A stretch of 64,000 nucleotides of DNA from Octopus sinensis (lineage: Eukaryota), in NCBI RefSeq assembly GCF_006345805.1, contig NC_043000.1, positions 149,978,001 through 150,042,000 on the forward strand, given 5' to 3'. Below are positions 1 to 12,529 of this stretch, piece after piece. The translations under genes and the position numbers were made by a program. The notes under the pieces are model-generated. The model was not told the DNA's origin, ran no database searches, and was given only the letters and a program-made list of their open reading frames with translations. Position 1 is the first letter of the stretch; each line of letters starts with the position of its first letter.

Positions 1-1298
1 CCTTCTTCATGTGTTTCAACAATGGCTCCACAACATTTTTTATATACCACCCTAAGCTGTTTTCCTCTGCTTCAAAACAGTCCTGGCAACTGATCAAACC
101 TCTCCCACCCTTTCTCCTTTCTTCTGGACAAGTACAGCCTATTGGCATCACTCCAAGAATGGAAGGTTCCATGTACTGTCAACATTTTTCTGGTCTTCGC
201 ATCCATTTTCATCACTTTGCTCTTTTGCCATCTTATAATTCCCGTTCCATACCAAGGTGATACTATTCCATCCAGTCAATTTTGAGTACAACACCAACCT
301 TAGTCATCAGAAATATTCCATCCTCAGTTGCTCTTTCATTTCCTTCACCATTTTTTCATTGAGCTCAAGTACACCAAAGTATTTGTAGCCTTCCATTTCA
401 ATTTGTTTAGTTAAGTCTCTATTTGGTAATTCTATCCCTGCTAGGGACTGTACTTTGCTTCTTTTGTGTAGATTACTCTGCACTTCTTGAGTCCAAATTA
501 CATTCTAATATCTGTACTAAAACAGTGGACTGTGTTCATCAAGGAACTCACTTGTGTCTCATCCTTGCCATTCGGTTTCAAATCATCCATGAAGAGGAGG
601 AGGTTGATTGTTTGAAATTTTTAGTTTAGTTGGTACCCCAGGTTCATTTTCATAAGTACCAAGTTCATGGGTGTCATGCAGAGAACAAAAAGCAACAGAG
701 ATAAACTATTGCCCCGGAAAATCCCTCTTCTGATACCCAGGGTGCCAAAGCTTTTTCCATAAGATGTCAGTTCAGTTTTCCACCCCATCATACTTCTCTT
801 CATGAAACACATTACATTCCTTGCAATTACAAACAGGTCTAAGCACTCGATGATCCATGAATGTGGAATCATATTATAAACTTTGTGATAGTCAATCCAG
901 GCCATTCCCAAATATCTTCCCCTTTGTTTACAATCTTGCATTAACATTTTGTCCATCAATAATTGATCTTTGATACCTCTGCATCTCCTTCTACAGCCTT
1001 TTTGTTCCAGCAGTAATATATCATTCTCTTCAAGATATTTGCACAGTTCTTCTGCAATTCCTCCTGACAGTAACTTCCACATTAACGAGAGGTAAGAAAT
1101 TGGTCTGAAATTGTTACTAGCATTTCCCTTTGATGCATCCTTCAGACACAACACCATTTGGTCTTTCGTCAACCAGCTCAGGATTTCTTCTTTTCCATTG
1201 ATCATTGCATTAATTTCTCTACGATCAATTATGGCAACTACCAAACATTTTTATCCAACATCCCTGTACACCATCAGGTCCTGTTACTTTCCAATTGC
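1..1298 (-). mobile_element. Non-LTR retrotransposon (R4/Dong-like clade) reverse transcriptase fragment, 5'-truncated, with frameshifts; runs off the window start
   Basis: ORF 621-1244 contains NFRPISYL, EQKGCRR, LGMAWIDYHKVYNMIPHSWI and IRRGIFRGNSLSLLLF. The minus strand of 50-200 reads KMDAKTRKMLTVHG...RLYLSRR..GGRGLI, and that of 1240-1295 reads GKVTGPDGVQGCWIK. These are typical R4/Dong RT motifs. Confidence 0.85.
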
Positions 1299-1315
1299 TT
1301 ATTATTATTATTATT

Positions 1316-1898
1316 GAATGAGAGAGTTGTGCATGCCATCAAAGTGACACTGCGGTAAAATATACAAAACCCAACATACCCATCAAGACTACCCGTCCGA
1401 TAAGGGTACACCAGGCACATGCATTACAACCATATGTGCATGACATGATGATCTCATATCAAAATAAACAGCACATGACCTTGCAGGTGGGGGCCCAGTT
1501 AGAATTGTCTTCAGGTCAAGTTGCCCATCCTACTCAAAGGGTCCTTCAATAAAGGTTGTTTAAAGATATTGAACAAAAAGCCATGTTTCCAGAGGCGAAT
1601 TATCCAAACCCCAAAGAATTCCTCTCAAACATGGCTATGATGCCCCCCACTACTTCTGCTCGTGATCAGAGATGCACGTATCATCGGCCACTAAGGGACA
1701 TGCTCAAATGGTTAAGGTCAAACAACTGACGAGCAAATCTGTTGTATTGAACAGAATATTTGCTGTAGCCCATCTTTCATACCAAGACAAAAGAATGTAC
1801 ATGATAACACATCTAATCAGTTAAAATAAGAAGCCATGAGAGCCACTGTCTAGTACTGCATCAGGGCATAGCCACTGTCTGGTACTGCATCAGGGCAT
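1316..1898 (-). mobile_element. About 580-bp non-coding interspersed repeat flanked by (ATT)n on both sides (copy 1)
   Basis: Colinear match to 40966-41521 (gagagag..gtgcatgccatc..gtactgcatcagggc). It ends in (AAT)n on the minus strand. Confidence 0.8.
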
Positions 1899-1939
1899 TA
1901 TTATTATTATTATTATCATTATTATTATTGCAGTATTTC

Positions 1940-3560
1940 TTCTGATTCTTTAAGTTCTGAGTCCAAATTCCACCAAGGTCAACTTTGTCTTTACATCTCT
2001 CTGCAGTAAATAAAAAAAAAAGAACATATTAGTTAAATCCTGGGCTTTACGTAATAAACTTGTCCCCTCCCCTCTCCTCAAAATGCTGGCCTTGTGCCAA
2101 AATGTGAATATCTATTATTATTATTATTATTATTTACTTATTTATTTATTTATTTCACCCATCACTACATTCTGAGTTCAAATTCCGCCGAGGTCAACTT
2201 TGCTTTCATCCTTTTGGGGTCGATAAAATAAGTACCAGTTATGTACTGGGGTCGATGTAATCAACGTTTCTCCTCCCCAAAAATTGCTGCCCTTCAGAAA
2301 AAATTTGAAACCATTATTATTATTATTATTATTATCATCATCATCATTATTATTATTATTATTTATTTTGCTCATTGCTACATTCCGAGTTCAAATTCCA
2401 CCGAGGTCAACTTTGGCTTACATCCTTTCTGGGTTGATAAATTAAGTACCAGTGAAACACTGGGGTCAATGTGGTTGACTAATCCTCTTCCCCGAAATTT
2501 CAGGCCTTGTGCCTATAGCAGAAAGAATTGTTATTATTATTATTATCATTATTATTATTATTATTATCATTACCGGTGGCACGTAAAAAGCACCATCCGA
2601 GCGTGGCCGCTCGCCAGCCTTGTCTGGCACCTGTGTCGGTGGCACGTAAAAAGCACCATCCGATTGTGGCCGTTTGCCAGCCTCGTCTGGCACCTGTGCA
2701 GGTGGCACATAAAAAGCACCCACTACACTCTCGGAGTGGTTGGCGTTAGGAAGGGCATCCAGCTGTAGAAACACTGCCAGATCAAGACTGGGCCTGGCGC
2801 AGCCTCCTGGCTCCCCAGACCCCAGTTGAACCGTCCAACCCATGCTAGCATGGAAAGCGGACGTTAAACGATGATGATGATGATGATGATGATTAAGGAG
2901 GTGAACTAAGGTGGTGAGCTGGCTGAATCATAAAGCACACCAGCTGAAATACTTTGCAGCATTTTGTCTGTCTTTGCATTCTCAGTTCAAATTCCACTGA
3001 GGTTGATTTTGCCTTTGCATCCTTTTGGTGTTGAGAAAATAAGAAGCAGTTAAAAAACTAGGGTCAATTTAATAGACTTAGCCTCTCTACCAAACCTGCT
3101 GACCTCGTGCCAAAATTTGAAAACATTATTAAGGAAGCGAACTGACAGAATTGTTATCACACCAGATAAAATGCCTTAGCAGCATTTCTTCTGGTTCTTT
3201 ACATTCTGAGTTCAAATTCCACCAAGGCTGACTTTATGTTTCATCCTTTCAGGGACTTTATTTTTATACTGGTGACAGAATGAACAGTGTGTTTAGTTAC
3301 ATCCTTTCGCATTCTAAATTCAAATTCTGCCAAAGTTAACTTTACCTTTCCTTTCTTCCAGTATCAGTATCATTCAAGTACTGTTATCATCTGAATTGGT
3401 TATGCTTCTTCCCTAATATGTGCAGCTTTGTGCTTATGCTTATTTATGAACCTGTAAAAATCACATACAGTATTTAGATTCATGCATCTACATTTTATAA
3501 ACTCAAATTCTGCCAAGGTCAACTTTGCTTTTCATTTCTCTCACTTTCTCTCTCAGGTCA
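1940..3560 (+). mobile_element. Cluster of about 7 same-orientation tRNA-derived SINE family A copies or fragments
   Basis: Repeated core ttctgagttcaaattcc(a/g)ccgaggtcaactttgcctttcatccttt near 1960, 2170, 2385, 2980, 3205, 3315 and 3505. A box tggc(a/t)gaatc and B box gagttcaaattc. Confidence 0.85.
2572..2892 (+). mobile_element. SINE-like family D ((GAT)n-tailed, with internal ~62-bp tandem units)
   Basis: ggcgttaggaagggcatccagctgtagaaa...ccgtccaacccatgctagcatggaaagcggacgttaaacgatgatgat; more than 12 related copies in the window. Confidence 0.85.
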
Positions 3561-4275
3561 ATAAAATAGGTAATTGCAATTCTCTTCCTCAACAGACTTG
3601 CAATACAGTCTTAAAGAACGGTTCAAAATTTGGTTTCACTTCCAATTTGGAACTATTTCCTTTGCCTTGAGTATAGAGTGGACAGAAGCAGTAAAGAAGT
3701 CTGAAAGAGGACGGTACTTATTCTTGAATAGCAGATGTATGGAATTTGTTGCCCATTCGAGCACCACTACTTTCACCACCTTGCCCCTGAGTGCCTTTAG
3801 CGGATTTGACTGTAGGTCCCTGATTTGAGAATAACTTAGGCGTTGTGGTTTATTCCTTCCCCCTCATACACACTCACAGACACACAAATCTCGGAAGTCC
3901 TGCAATAAAGTCATAGGTGCCAACCTTACTCCTAAGGCATAATTTTGTTTTCAATACCCTCGGAAAAGCTCTGAATTGGGTACCTTCCCATTCATACTCC
4001 ACCAAAATTCAAAATCCCCCTTATATATATATATATTTCTGATGAAACTACAGGAGTAGTTGAAAGCGCTAATATGAAGTAATAATATGATATGTAAATA
4101 AATATATATTCTTACAACCATCCAGCATTCTGAACATCTTTTTTCTTTCATATATATATATTGTCTGGGAGACTTTTTCTTGCAGTAGAAGAAATAGCCA
4201 AATTTTTGGCTGCTATTTCTAAAAAGCTCGGTGTGTGGTAAAGTAAATTATTTTACTTTACCCTATTTTTATAAA

Positions 4276-4352
<77 letters not shown>

Positions 4353-5157
4353 ACAAATCAATATCAGCCCTTCCTCTCTTTATTAGTTGCCACCACTTAA
4401 AGAAATCTGCTTCCTTCGGTGATCGGCTATGTTAATTATTTGTTGATGTTAGTATTGCAAATACCAAATCAACAAGTAGATTTAGTGGTAGTAGTGGCTG
4501 TCTAACGGCATGTCGAATTAAGACAATATTAAGAGCTTTTCAAGACATAGTAACGTTCGTAATAATAGCATCCACAACATTACGTATATTCAAGTAAACA
4601 GATTGCTCATTTAAATCTTATATATGTCATTTTTTTATTATTATTAATATTACATTATTAAAGATAGGATTATATTAGAAAATATAAATATACAAAGCTA
4701 AAGAATTTAGAATTGGATTCGTCAACTAAATTCATAAGGTTACACGAGTTTAATAATCAGAAAGTTGTACTTTGGAAATACTGTAATTTTCGGAAATGGT
4801 TAATGAATAGAGGAGAGAGGAAAAAGAGATAATTGCAGTAAATATGTACAGCGTCACCGACGACACTCTCAGCAAGAAATATTTTTATCTGAAGCTGTTT
4901 TTGCTTCTATTCTTTCTATCCACAACAAAGCAAACAAGATGAAGCGTTTAAAAGCTTCTTGCATTCGCCTATTCAATATTTATTACAGATCAAAAAAAAG
5001 AAGGAAGGCTGTTGCTGCCACTAGAGAAAGAAAAAAAAAAAAAAAGACGTCAGCAATGAGCAGCCTTAAATAGATATAAGATAAGAGATGCAGTTTACTA
5101 TGTTCTTATCAACCGATTGCGGTCAGTTCCTTAAACGTGACTATAAACCCAAAGTAG

Positions 5158-5174
5158 CACTTCCTGTGACGTCA
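5158..5174. promoter_or_regulatory. Adjacent ETS-like (CACTTCCTG) and full CRE (TGACGTCA, 5167-5174) motifs in a CpG-enriched unique region
   Basis: Sequence gcacttcctgtgacgtcata; a half-CRE gacgtca near 5046; locally more CpG than the flanks. Confidence 0.35.
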
Positions 5175-5626
5175 TATCAAACCAGCTGCCGTTTCCCAAC
5201 GACAACCCCCGAGGTTAACCGAAAAGAAATGACTAGAAATGTCTAATGTAGCCGTGGAAACCTGCATCATAGATTCGATCATACATTAAACAATAGATCT
5301 GTGTAAAAAGAAATGTTTTATATGCGATGTATAGTGTGTGAATAGCCTTTCTAAAATGGGTAATTCCCAAGTCTATGTGCAAAGTCTGGTAAGATCTATA
5401 TATGTTAATAAAAATAGTCATGTGAGAGTTATTTTGATAGAGATTGAAATTAATTAATAAAAAGGCATCGATATTCATAGTTCGATTTCCAAGTGATTTT
5501 CCTGTTTACATTCACATTATAAACAAGGAAAGTGTGGCGTTTTACCTAATTATAAAGAAAAGGAGTTACTAGTAGAATTTTTTAAAGTAATTTATGGATT
5601 TTTAAACTTATCTGATTATAACTTCT

Positions 5627-5667
<41 letters not shown>

Positions 5668-6833
5668 CACTAAACGAGATACTTAAGGCAATTTTCCTCC
5701 TCTTACTTTCCAAAGGTATTCGAATCTAGTGGATCGTAGTGATGTGATCGACCTCACAGCCTTTTCATCTGCAAGTCTTCTTCGTACCACTGTTTAGCAC
5801 CTCTTGTTACAGTGAGCTCAGAGTACTACGGCTGCTACTGTTTGGTTACCAAAACTATCACCAACACAAACACCAGCATCATTACATCACCACTACCATT
5901 ATCATCACAACAACCACTACTATTACTACAACTACTACAACTACCAGTCTCTCTACGATCACTAAGCTTTTGGGGGATGGCTTTTTAAAAGTACCTACAT
6001 TATTCGAATTATCATCCTATTTCATATCTAACTTGATCTGTGGCATACCAAAGGTGAGTTCAAAAAACATTATCTATATGAGAAAATTATTTCTCTGTAC
6101 TTATCTAACAGACAAGCTGTTATGTCAATACGATGTATGTAAATATAACACTTGTCTAATGAATTATTATCAACTACACATCTACGTTTCTGATGGCAAC
6201 TAATCATATTAGTTACCTTAAATACCTATGTACTTCTTACCAAGAATTATCACAGCTTTGGCTCATATGCAAATAGATAATGTGTTGATTAGTTTTCGAA
6301 ATATAATTCGTCACCAACCGATTGCTACCTTTAAAAACAAACACAAGCAAAACATCTGTATTAAGAAACCTTATTTTAACCATAACGTTTTTCATGAAAC
6401 TTTTTTTCATCTTTACATAACGTAATTTAGTTTTATTTTCATTATTAATCTTCTTCAAAGCTTCTATTCTCGACTGTTAAAATATCAAAATTAATTTAAA
6501 ATGTTACAAGTATATAGATTTCGATTTTTTTTTAAAAATCCATGTTTTTTAAACCGAAAAATTGTTTCAGCAACATTGTTTACTTTGAATCATTCAATAC
6601 ATTCTTATATTGTTGATGAAGAATCATCGCTTTTTCCCCCACCTCGGAATTTCACTGTGACAGCTTAAATGAACACAAGAAAAAATCAAAACATTTCATG
6701 TATTTAGTAGTTTTCATAAATGTGACTGAGATTACCTTAACTTTCACTTAGTTCTTGTAAACTAAGCTAACGAAAATTCATTGATGCTAAACATATTTGA
6801 ATATATTTATAGGATTCGTTTTTTATAATGATC

Positions 6834-6870
<37 letters not shown>

Positions 6871-6953
6871 TATATGTATATATATATTATCAACAATAAT
6901 TAATACTTCGGTATGTGGTGATGCATTTCTTTTGCTGATCCCTTAATTATTAG

Positions 6954-6988
<35 letters not shown>

Positions 6989-7034
6989 GTATGTATGTAT
7001 GTATATATATATATGTATATATATATGTATATTA

Positions 7035-7101
<67 letters not shown>

Positions 7102-7114
7102 ATATATATGTATG

Positions 7115-7153
<39 letters not shown>

Positions 7154-7759
7154 AAATCACAATGGTAGTTTTATGTTCGAGCAATTTATATTCTATAAGG
7201 TGTTGACAATTTATTCAATCTACATTTTTTAAAAATATTAGTGATTTTTATCGAGATTTTAGATGACTAAAATCTTTTCCCTTCCTTCAAAAAGAGAGGA
7301 GAAAAAGCAACATTCTTGTGTTATTGTGGCGAGTGGCTATAGAGTTTAGAACTAATCCCTCGATGAACCTCAAGCGCAACTCGGTTTCGATCCTCAAGTA
7401 TCGGTATTTGATTTCGTTTATCCCCTTAATAATGTAGAAAAGGGCATGATTAATAATCTAGAGAAAGTGATAACTTCTGATTTATCACTCTTTCTAAAAT
7501 TGAAAAAAAAAAGTCTTTTCAAAAGAAACCAATATTCTAGTTATGTAATCACTTCGAATATAGCCATACGTTCCTGTCTTTCACAACTTATTTAAATAGT
7601 ATATTGATTCCTTAGAAACAAGACCACAAATATATGGGAAATGACAGTAAAATTGTGTGGCGTTTATTTGTTTTCAGAGACATTAACAGCGAAAGTGAAA
7701 TGAGAAATATTTACCCAGGAATCGAAACTGGCTCGCGAGGTTTTATCACAGTGTGTTTA

Positions 7760-8116
7760 CCTCCCGCTCGATGACGAGCAGACCGATGACGTATTCGTCA
7801 GTGAAAGATGTTAACAGTAGCAAGTTTCGATTTCATAGATCTCAGAATTTATAATTTACTGTCTTATAATCTCTTTTAATCAATATTTTTGTTTGGTGCC
7901 GTGGAGAGTGTTGTTGTAGCGAGAAGTAGGCTTCCCGACAAACCGAGTCTGCGACCCAGTTTCGTTTCTCGGTTGAAGGAATTTTCAATCAAGTCATTAA
8001 GTGCCCAAGAATGGAATGAACATCACAACTTTCTCTCTAAGATATAATAAGGCTTTTGTTGTCTCGTCGAGAGAATACAAAATTTAGAGAACACCTACTT
8101 TCACTCTCATGACTTG
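7760..8116 (+). promoter_or_regulatory. Candidate first exon or promoter-proximal region ending at a GT donor
   Basis: Unique, CpG-enriched sequence ending in GACTTG|gtaaat (GT at 8117-8118), with an ATG at 8109. Confidence 0.3.
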
Positions 8117-8486
8117 GTAAATTGACTATACCAATGTGAATACAAAAAAAAAGAAAATAGCTATTTTTGTAGATAAATTTGTTTTGCTTTAGTACAGAAT
8201 ACGTCATTTAAAGTTTCTTTTAATACGATTTTCAACTTACTTTTTGTGTTGGAACTTTTCTTTCTTTCCCCACCTTTTATTTTATTTTTTTTTGCTAATA
8301 ATTCGAATGATTTTTTCCCCCTCCTCTGTGTGTGTGTGTGTGTGTGTACAAGAATGTAAACTGTAATTAGAAGCTACAGATTGATTAATCAATGGAACCT
8401 GTTTTCTTCAGCACTGGCGTTTTCTTTCCTTCTATATTTCCTGTTCTCTCTCTTTCCCTCACACACCACACGCACACATATGCACA

Positions 8487-8892
8487 CACACATACACGTA
8501 CGTACGTACGTACGTATGTATGTATATATGTATGTATGTATGTACGTATGTATTATGTATGTATGTACGTACGTATGTATGTATGTACGTATGTATGTAC
8601 GTATGTATGTATGTACGTATGTATGTATGTACGTATGTACGTACGTATGTATTATGTATGTATGTATGTATGTAAGTACGTACGTACGTATGTATGTACG
8701 TACGTATGTATGTATGTACGTACGTATGTATGTATGTACGTACGTACGTATGTATGTATGTACGTATGTATGTATGTACGTATGTATGTACGTATGTATG
8801 TATGTATGTGTGTACGTACGTGTGTATGTGTGTGTGTGTGTATGTATGGAAGTATGTATGTATATATGTATGTATGTACGTATGTATGTATG
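8487..8892. repeat. Mixed (TATG)n/(TACG)n tetranucleotide array
   Basis: Directly visible; it is the source of the spurious MYVC/VRTY ORFs. Confidence 0.95.
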
Positions 8893-9757
8893 TTTGTGTT
8901 TCTTTGCATGGAATGCAAATATAAATTGAAGATAAATGTCAAATATAAATTGAATATACCTCCAAGATTATTTGCTAAAAACGAGCTTAGCTCAAACCTC
9001 ATTAAAAACAATAGAAATTTAATGTTATCAACTTGTTTAAATATAATTTAGGAAAATCTTTGGAAATACCAGCACTTTCATATTTCAGAATAAGTTGATA
9101 TGGTCACAAAACAAAAATTATGTGAATAAATCTGTTTGTGAAATTGATTTCCTGCTTTAAAAATTATCTTTCCTATAGGAAAAAAATAATTTAATATCTA
9201 TGTGTATATGGGGGTTGATTGATTATTTGGATATGAAATAGCTTGATATGATTGGACAAGACTGAAAGTCCGCTAGCAATAAAATCATGTTTCAAAGAGA
9301 GAACCTTTATGTGGTCACAAGACCTGCTAGAAATAGCAGATAGATCATTCCCCACCACCACTACAGACATTACATCACAAACTCTAAACATCTTAGCAAA
9401 AAAAAAAAAAAAATGAAGGACATATTGAACTATATCTTAGATTTACAGAATAGATGAGATGGTCACAGCTGGAATACTATTCATTAAAGGTCTGCACAAT
9501 CAGGGCTGAACTGGGTCCCAAAAAAACAATAAACCAGATGCTTCTAGGTATACATGTGAACTGGGATTATATGTGATGAAATATTTCTTCAACCAAATGG
9601 TATAAAGTTAAAAGAAGTAGAATAGAATAAAGTAATATGGAGGTTTTAAAAGGAAAAAAAAAAATGAAATCCATAAAAATAAAGAAAATACACCAAGCAG
9701 TTGATAGGACTGAGTATATAAGCTCCAAATTTTGTGACGTTTTATATATATATATCA

Positions 9758-9774
9758 TCATCATCATCATATAT

Positions 9775-9805
<31 letters not shown>

Positions 9806-9810
9806 GTGTA

Positions 9811-9841
<31 letters not shown>

Positions 9842-9994
9842 GTATGTATATATGTATATATATATATATATAATATATATATATGTATGTATATTATATA
9901 TGTATATATATATATGTATATATATATGTATGTATGTATATATATATACGTATATATATATACGTATATATATATGTATGTATATATATATACG

Positions 9995-10027
<33 letters not shown>

Positions 10028-10232
10028 ATATATATATACGTATATATATATATATGTATATATATATGTATGTATATATATATATACGTATATATATATA
10101 TATAATATATATATATGTATGTATTATATATATATGTATGTATATATATATATGTATGTATATATATATATATGTATATATATCATCATCATCATCATTA
10201 TATATATATGTATATATACACATATATATATA
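9758..10232. repeat. Long degenerate (TA)n/(TATG) microsatellite
   Basis: Directly visible. Confidence 0.95.
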
Positions 10233-10633
10233 TGGGTGGGGTCTGTGTGTGTATGATGATATCATCATCGTCATCAGTTTTAACATCCATTTTTCACGCT
10301 TGTTTGGGTCAGACAAATCTCAGTGAGGCAGATTTATATTTTCTAAGACTGGAGGATCTTCCTGTTGCTAATCTTCGAGCAGACCCCTAGTCCTTCAAGT
10401 ACAGACAGCTCAATGCTCAAAACATATTTTCACAGATGACTGAAGACAAATGAGAATTTTTATACATTTATTTATTTTTTTTTTCTAGTCAAAGGGTTTT
10501 AGTCAAATGAACCAATCCCAGTACTTATTGTTTTAAAGCCTGGTACTTATGCTATTGGTCTCTTTTACCAAACTGCTAAGTTACATATCAAGTGGTGGTG
10601 GGAACAAGCACACAAAGACACACACATACATAA

Positions 10634-10664
<31 letters not shown>

Positions 10665-10675
10665 AGCTTTTTATT

Positions 10676-11335
10676 GTTTCTTATTTCTTTATTGCCCACA
10701 AGGGGCTAAACATAGAAGGGACAAACAAGGACAGACAAAGGGATTAAGTCGATGACATCGACCCCAGTGCATAACTGGTATTTAATTTATCGACCCCGAA
10801 AGGATGAAAGGCAAAGTCGACCTCGGCGGAATTTGAACTCAGAACGTAACTGCAGACGAAATACCGCTAACCATTTCGCCCGGCATGCTAAGGGTTCTGC
10901 CAGCTCGCCGCCTTATTGATGAAGTTGTTATTAACACATAGTTGTTAATGAAGATTTTGGTATTTTTGCGGCTTAACCCCAGATAAGCCTTGGTCGAGTT
11001 ACCCCATGATCATTTGGGTATTTAATTTATCGACCCCGAAAGGATGAAAGGCAAAGTCGACTTCGGCGGAATTTGAACTCAGAACGTAACTGTAGACGAA
11101 ATACCTATTTCTTTATTACCCACAAGGGGCTAAACATAGAGGGGACAAACAAGGACAGACAAAGGGATTAAGCCGATGACATCGACCCCAGTACGTAGCT
11201 GGTACTTAATTTATCGACCCCGAAAGGATGAAAGGCAAAGTCGACCTCGGCGGAATTTGAACTCAGAACGTAACTGTAGACGAAATACTGCTAAGCATTT
11301 CACCCATCGTGCTAACGTTTCTGTCAGTTCGCAGC
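10676..11335 (-). mobile_element. SINE family A: one full copy (10676-10896) plus a head-to-tail dimer (11003-11335)
   Basis: ctatttctttattacccacaagggg...gacctcggcggaatttgaactcagaacg...ctgccagctcgccgcctt; dimer junction gacgaaatacc|tatttcttt at about 11100. Confidence 0.9.
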
Positions 11336-11607
11336 TTTTTATAGTTTCTGTCTACCAAATCCACCCACAAGGCTTTTGTTGGCCTAACCCTAAATCAGAA
11401 GATCCTGCAGTGGGACTGAACTTGGAAACGTGTGTTTGAAAAGCAAACTTCTTACAACACAACTATATCTATTGTGTATGTGTGTCTGTATATATATGTG
11501 TGTGTGTGTAATATATACATATTACTTGTTGCATATATTATATATACTTATGATATCATCATCATTTAACATCTTTCTGTGCTGGTGTTGAAATGTATAT
11601 GGTATAA

Positions 11608-12295
11608 TGTCATCATCATCATCATCATCGTTTAACGTCCACTTTCCATGCTGGCATGGGTTGGACGGTTCAACCGGGGTTATGGGAAGCCAGGGGCTGC
11701 ACCAGGACCAGTCCGATCTGGCAGAGTTACTACAGCTAGATGCCCTTCCTAACGCCAACCACTCCGCGAGTGTAGTGGGTTTTTTTTACGTGCCACCGGC
11801 ACAGGTGCCAGGGGGGTCTGCCATTGGCCACAATCAGTTATGTACTTATTACATGTTATATATATAACGGTGGTGCCCCAGCATGGCCGCGGCCTTCGGG
11901 CTAAAACATTTTTAAGGATTTATATAAACACAAGAGGTTGGATCATAAAGATATGGCCACAGTTCATCTTCTGTCCCCAGTTTGGAAAACAACATGTTGT
12001 ATCAGCTTCAAACACTCCCTGTAGAAGAGAGCCGCTGGACTGGCTCCTGTGTAGGTGGCACATAAAAAGCACCATTTGAGCGTGGCCTCTGTGAGTAGTG
12101 CCTGACTGGCCCTTGTGCCGGTGGCACATAAAAGCACCCACTACACTCTCGGCGTGGTTGGCGTTAGGAAGGGCATCCAGCTGTAGAAACTCTGCCAGAT
12201 CAAGATTGGAGCCTGGTGCAGCCATCTGGTTCACCAAACCTCAGTCAAATTGTCCAACCCATGCTAGCATGGAAAGCGGACGTTAAACGATGAAC
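11608..12295. mobile_element. Two family D copies in opposite orientation (11608-11830 antisense; 12020-12295 sense)
   Basis: Both carry gatgcccttcctaacgccaaccac and the (GAT)n tail. Confidence 0.85.
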
Positions 12296-12520
12296 GATTT
12301 CCTTCAAACTGGGTGCCCACTTTGCTCACACTTTCCAATACTCAAAATCTTCCACTGTCTTCTGTAATGCATTGTAACCATGGTCCAGTTGTGCATCAAT
12401 TTCACTGAAATTCTTCCACTTGCTGGCAATTCATATCAGTGGTTGCATTAGTCTTCCGTACATGTTGGACAGCTTGTATGGTGTATGGTCAGTGTTTCCC
12501 TGAACTGGTTGAGTCACTGA
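12295..12520 (-). mobile_element. Degenerate mariner transposase fragment (second HTH to WVPxxL region)
   Basis: The minus strand reads ..SGK..IQAVQHV.. / EIDAQLDHGYNALQKTVEDFEYWKVxAKWAPSL, which resembles the mariner KVCARWVPxxL motif. Confidence 0.5.
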
Positions 12521-12529
12521 ATAGAGTGG

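Noticed and set aside
3700-3905. GC-richer island with a minus-strand acceptor (ttattgcag|) and MGNK start
   Set aside because: All frames close quickly and there is no convincing donor; it may be UTR but cannot be supported.
7731-7740. CTCGCGAG (BANP-type promoter palindrome)
   Set aside because: It lies inside what reads as an old tRNA-like SINE head on the minus strand (ccagtttcgattcc B box), so it is not independent promoter evidence.
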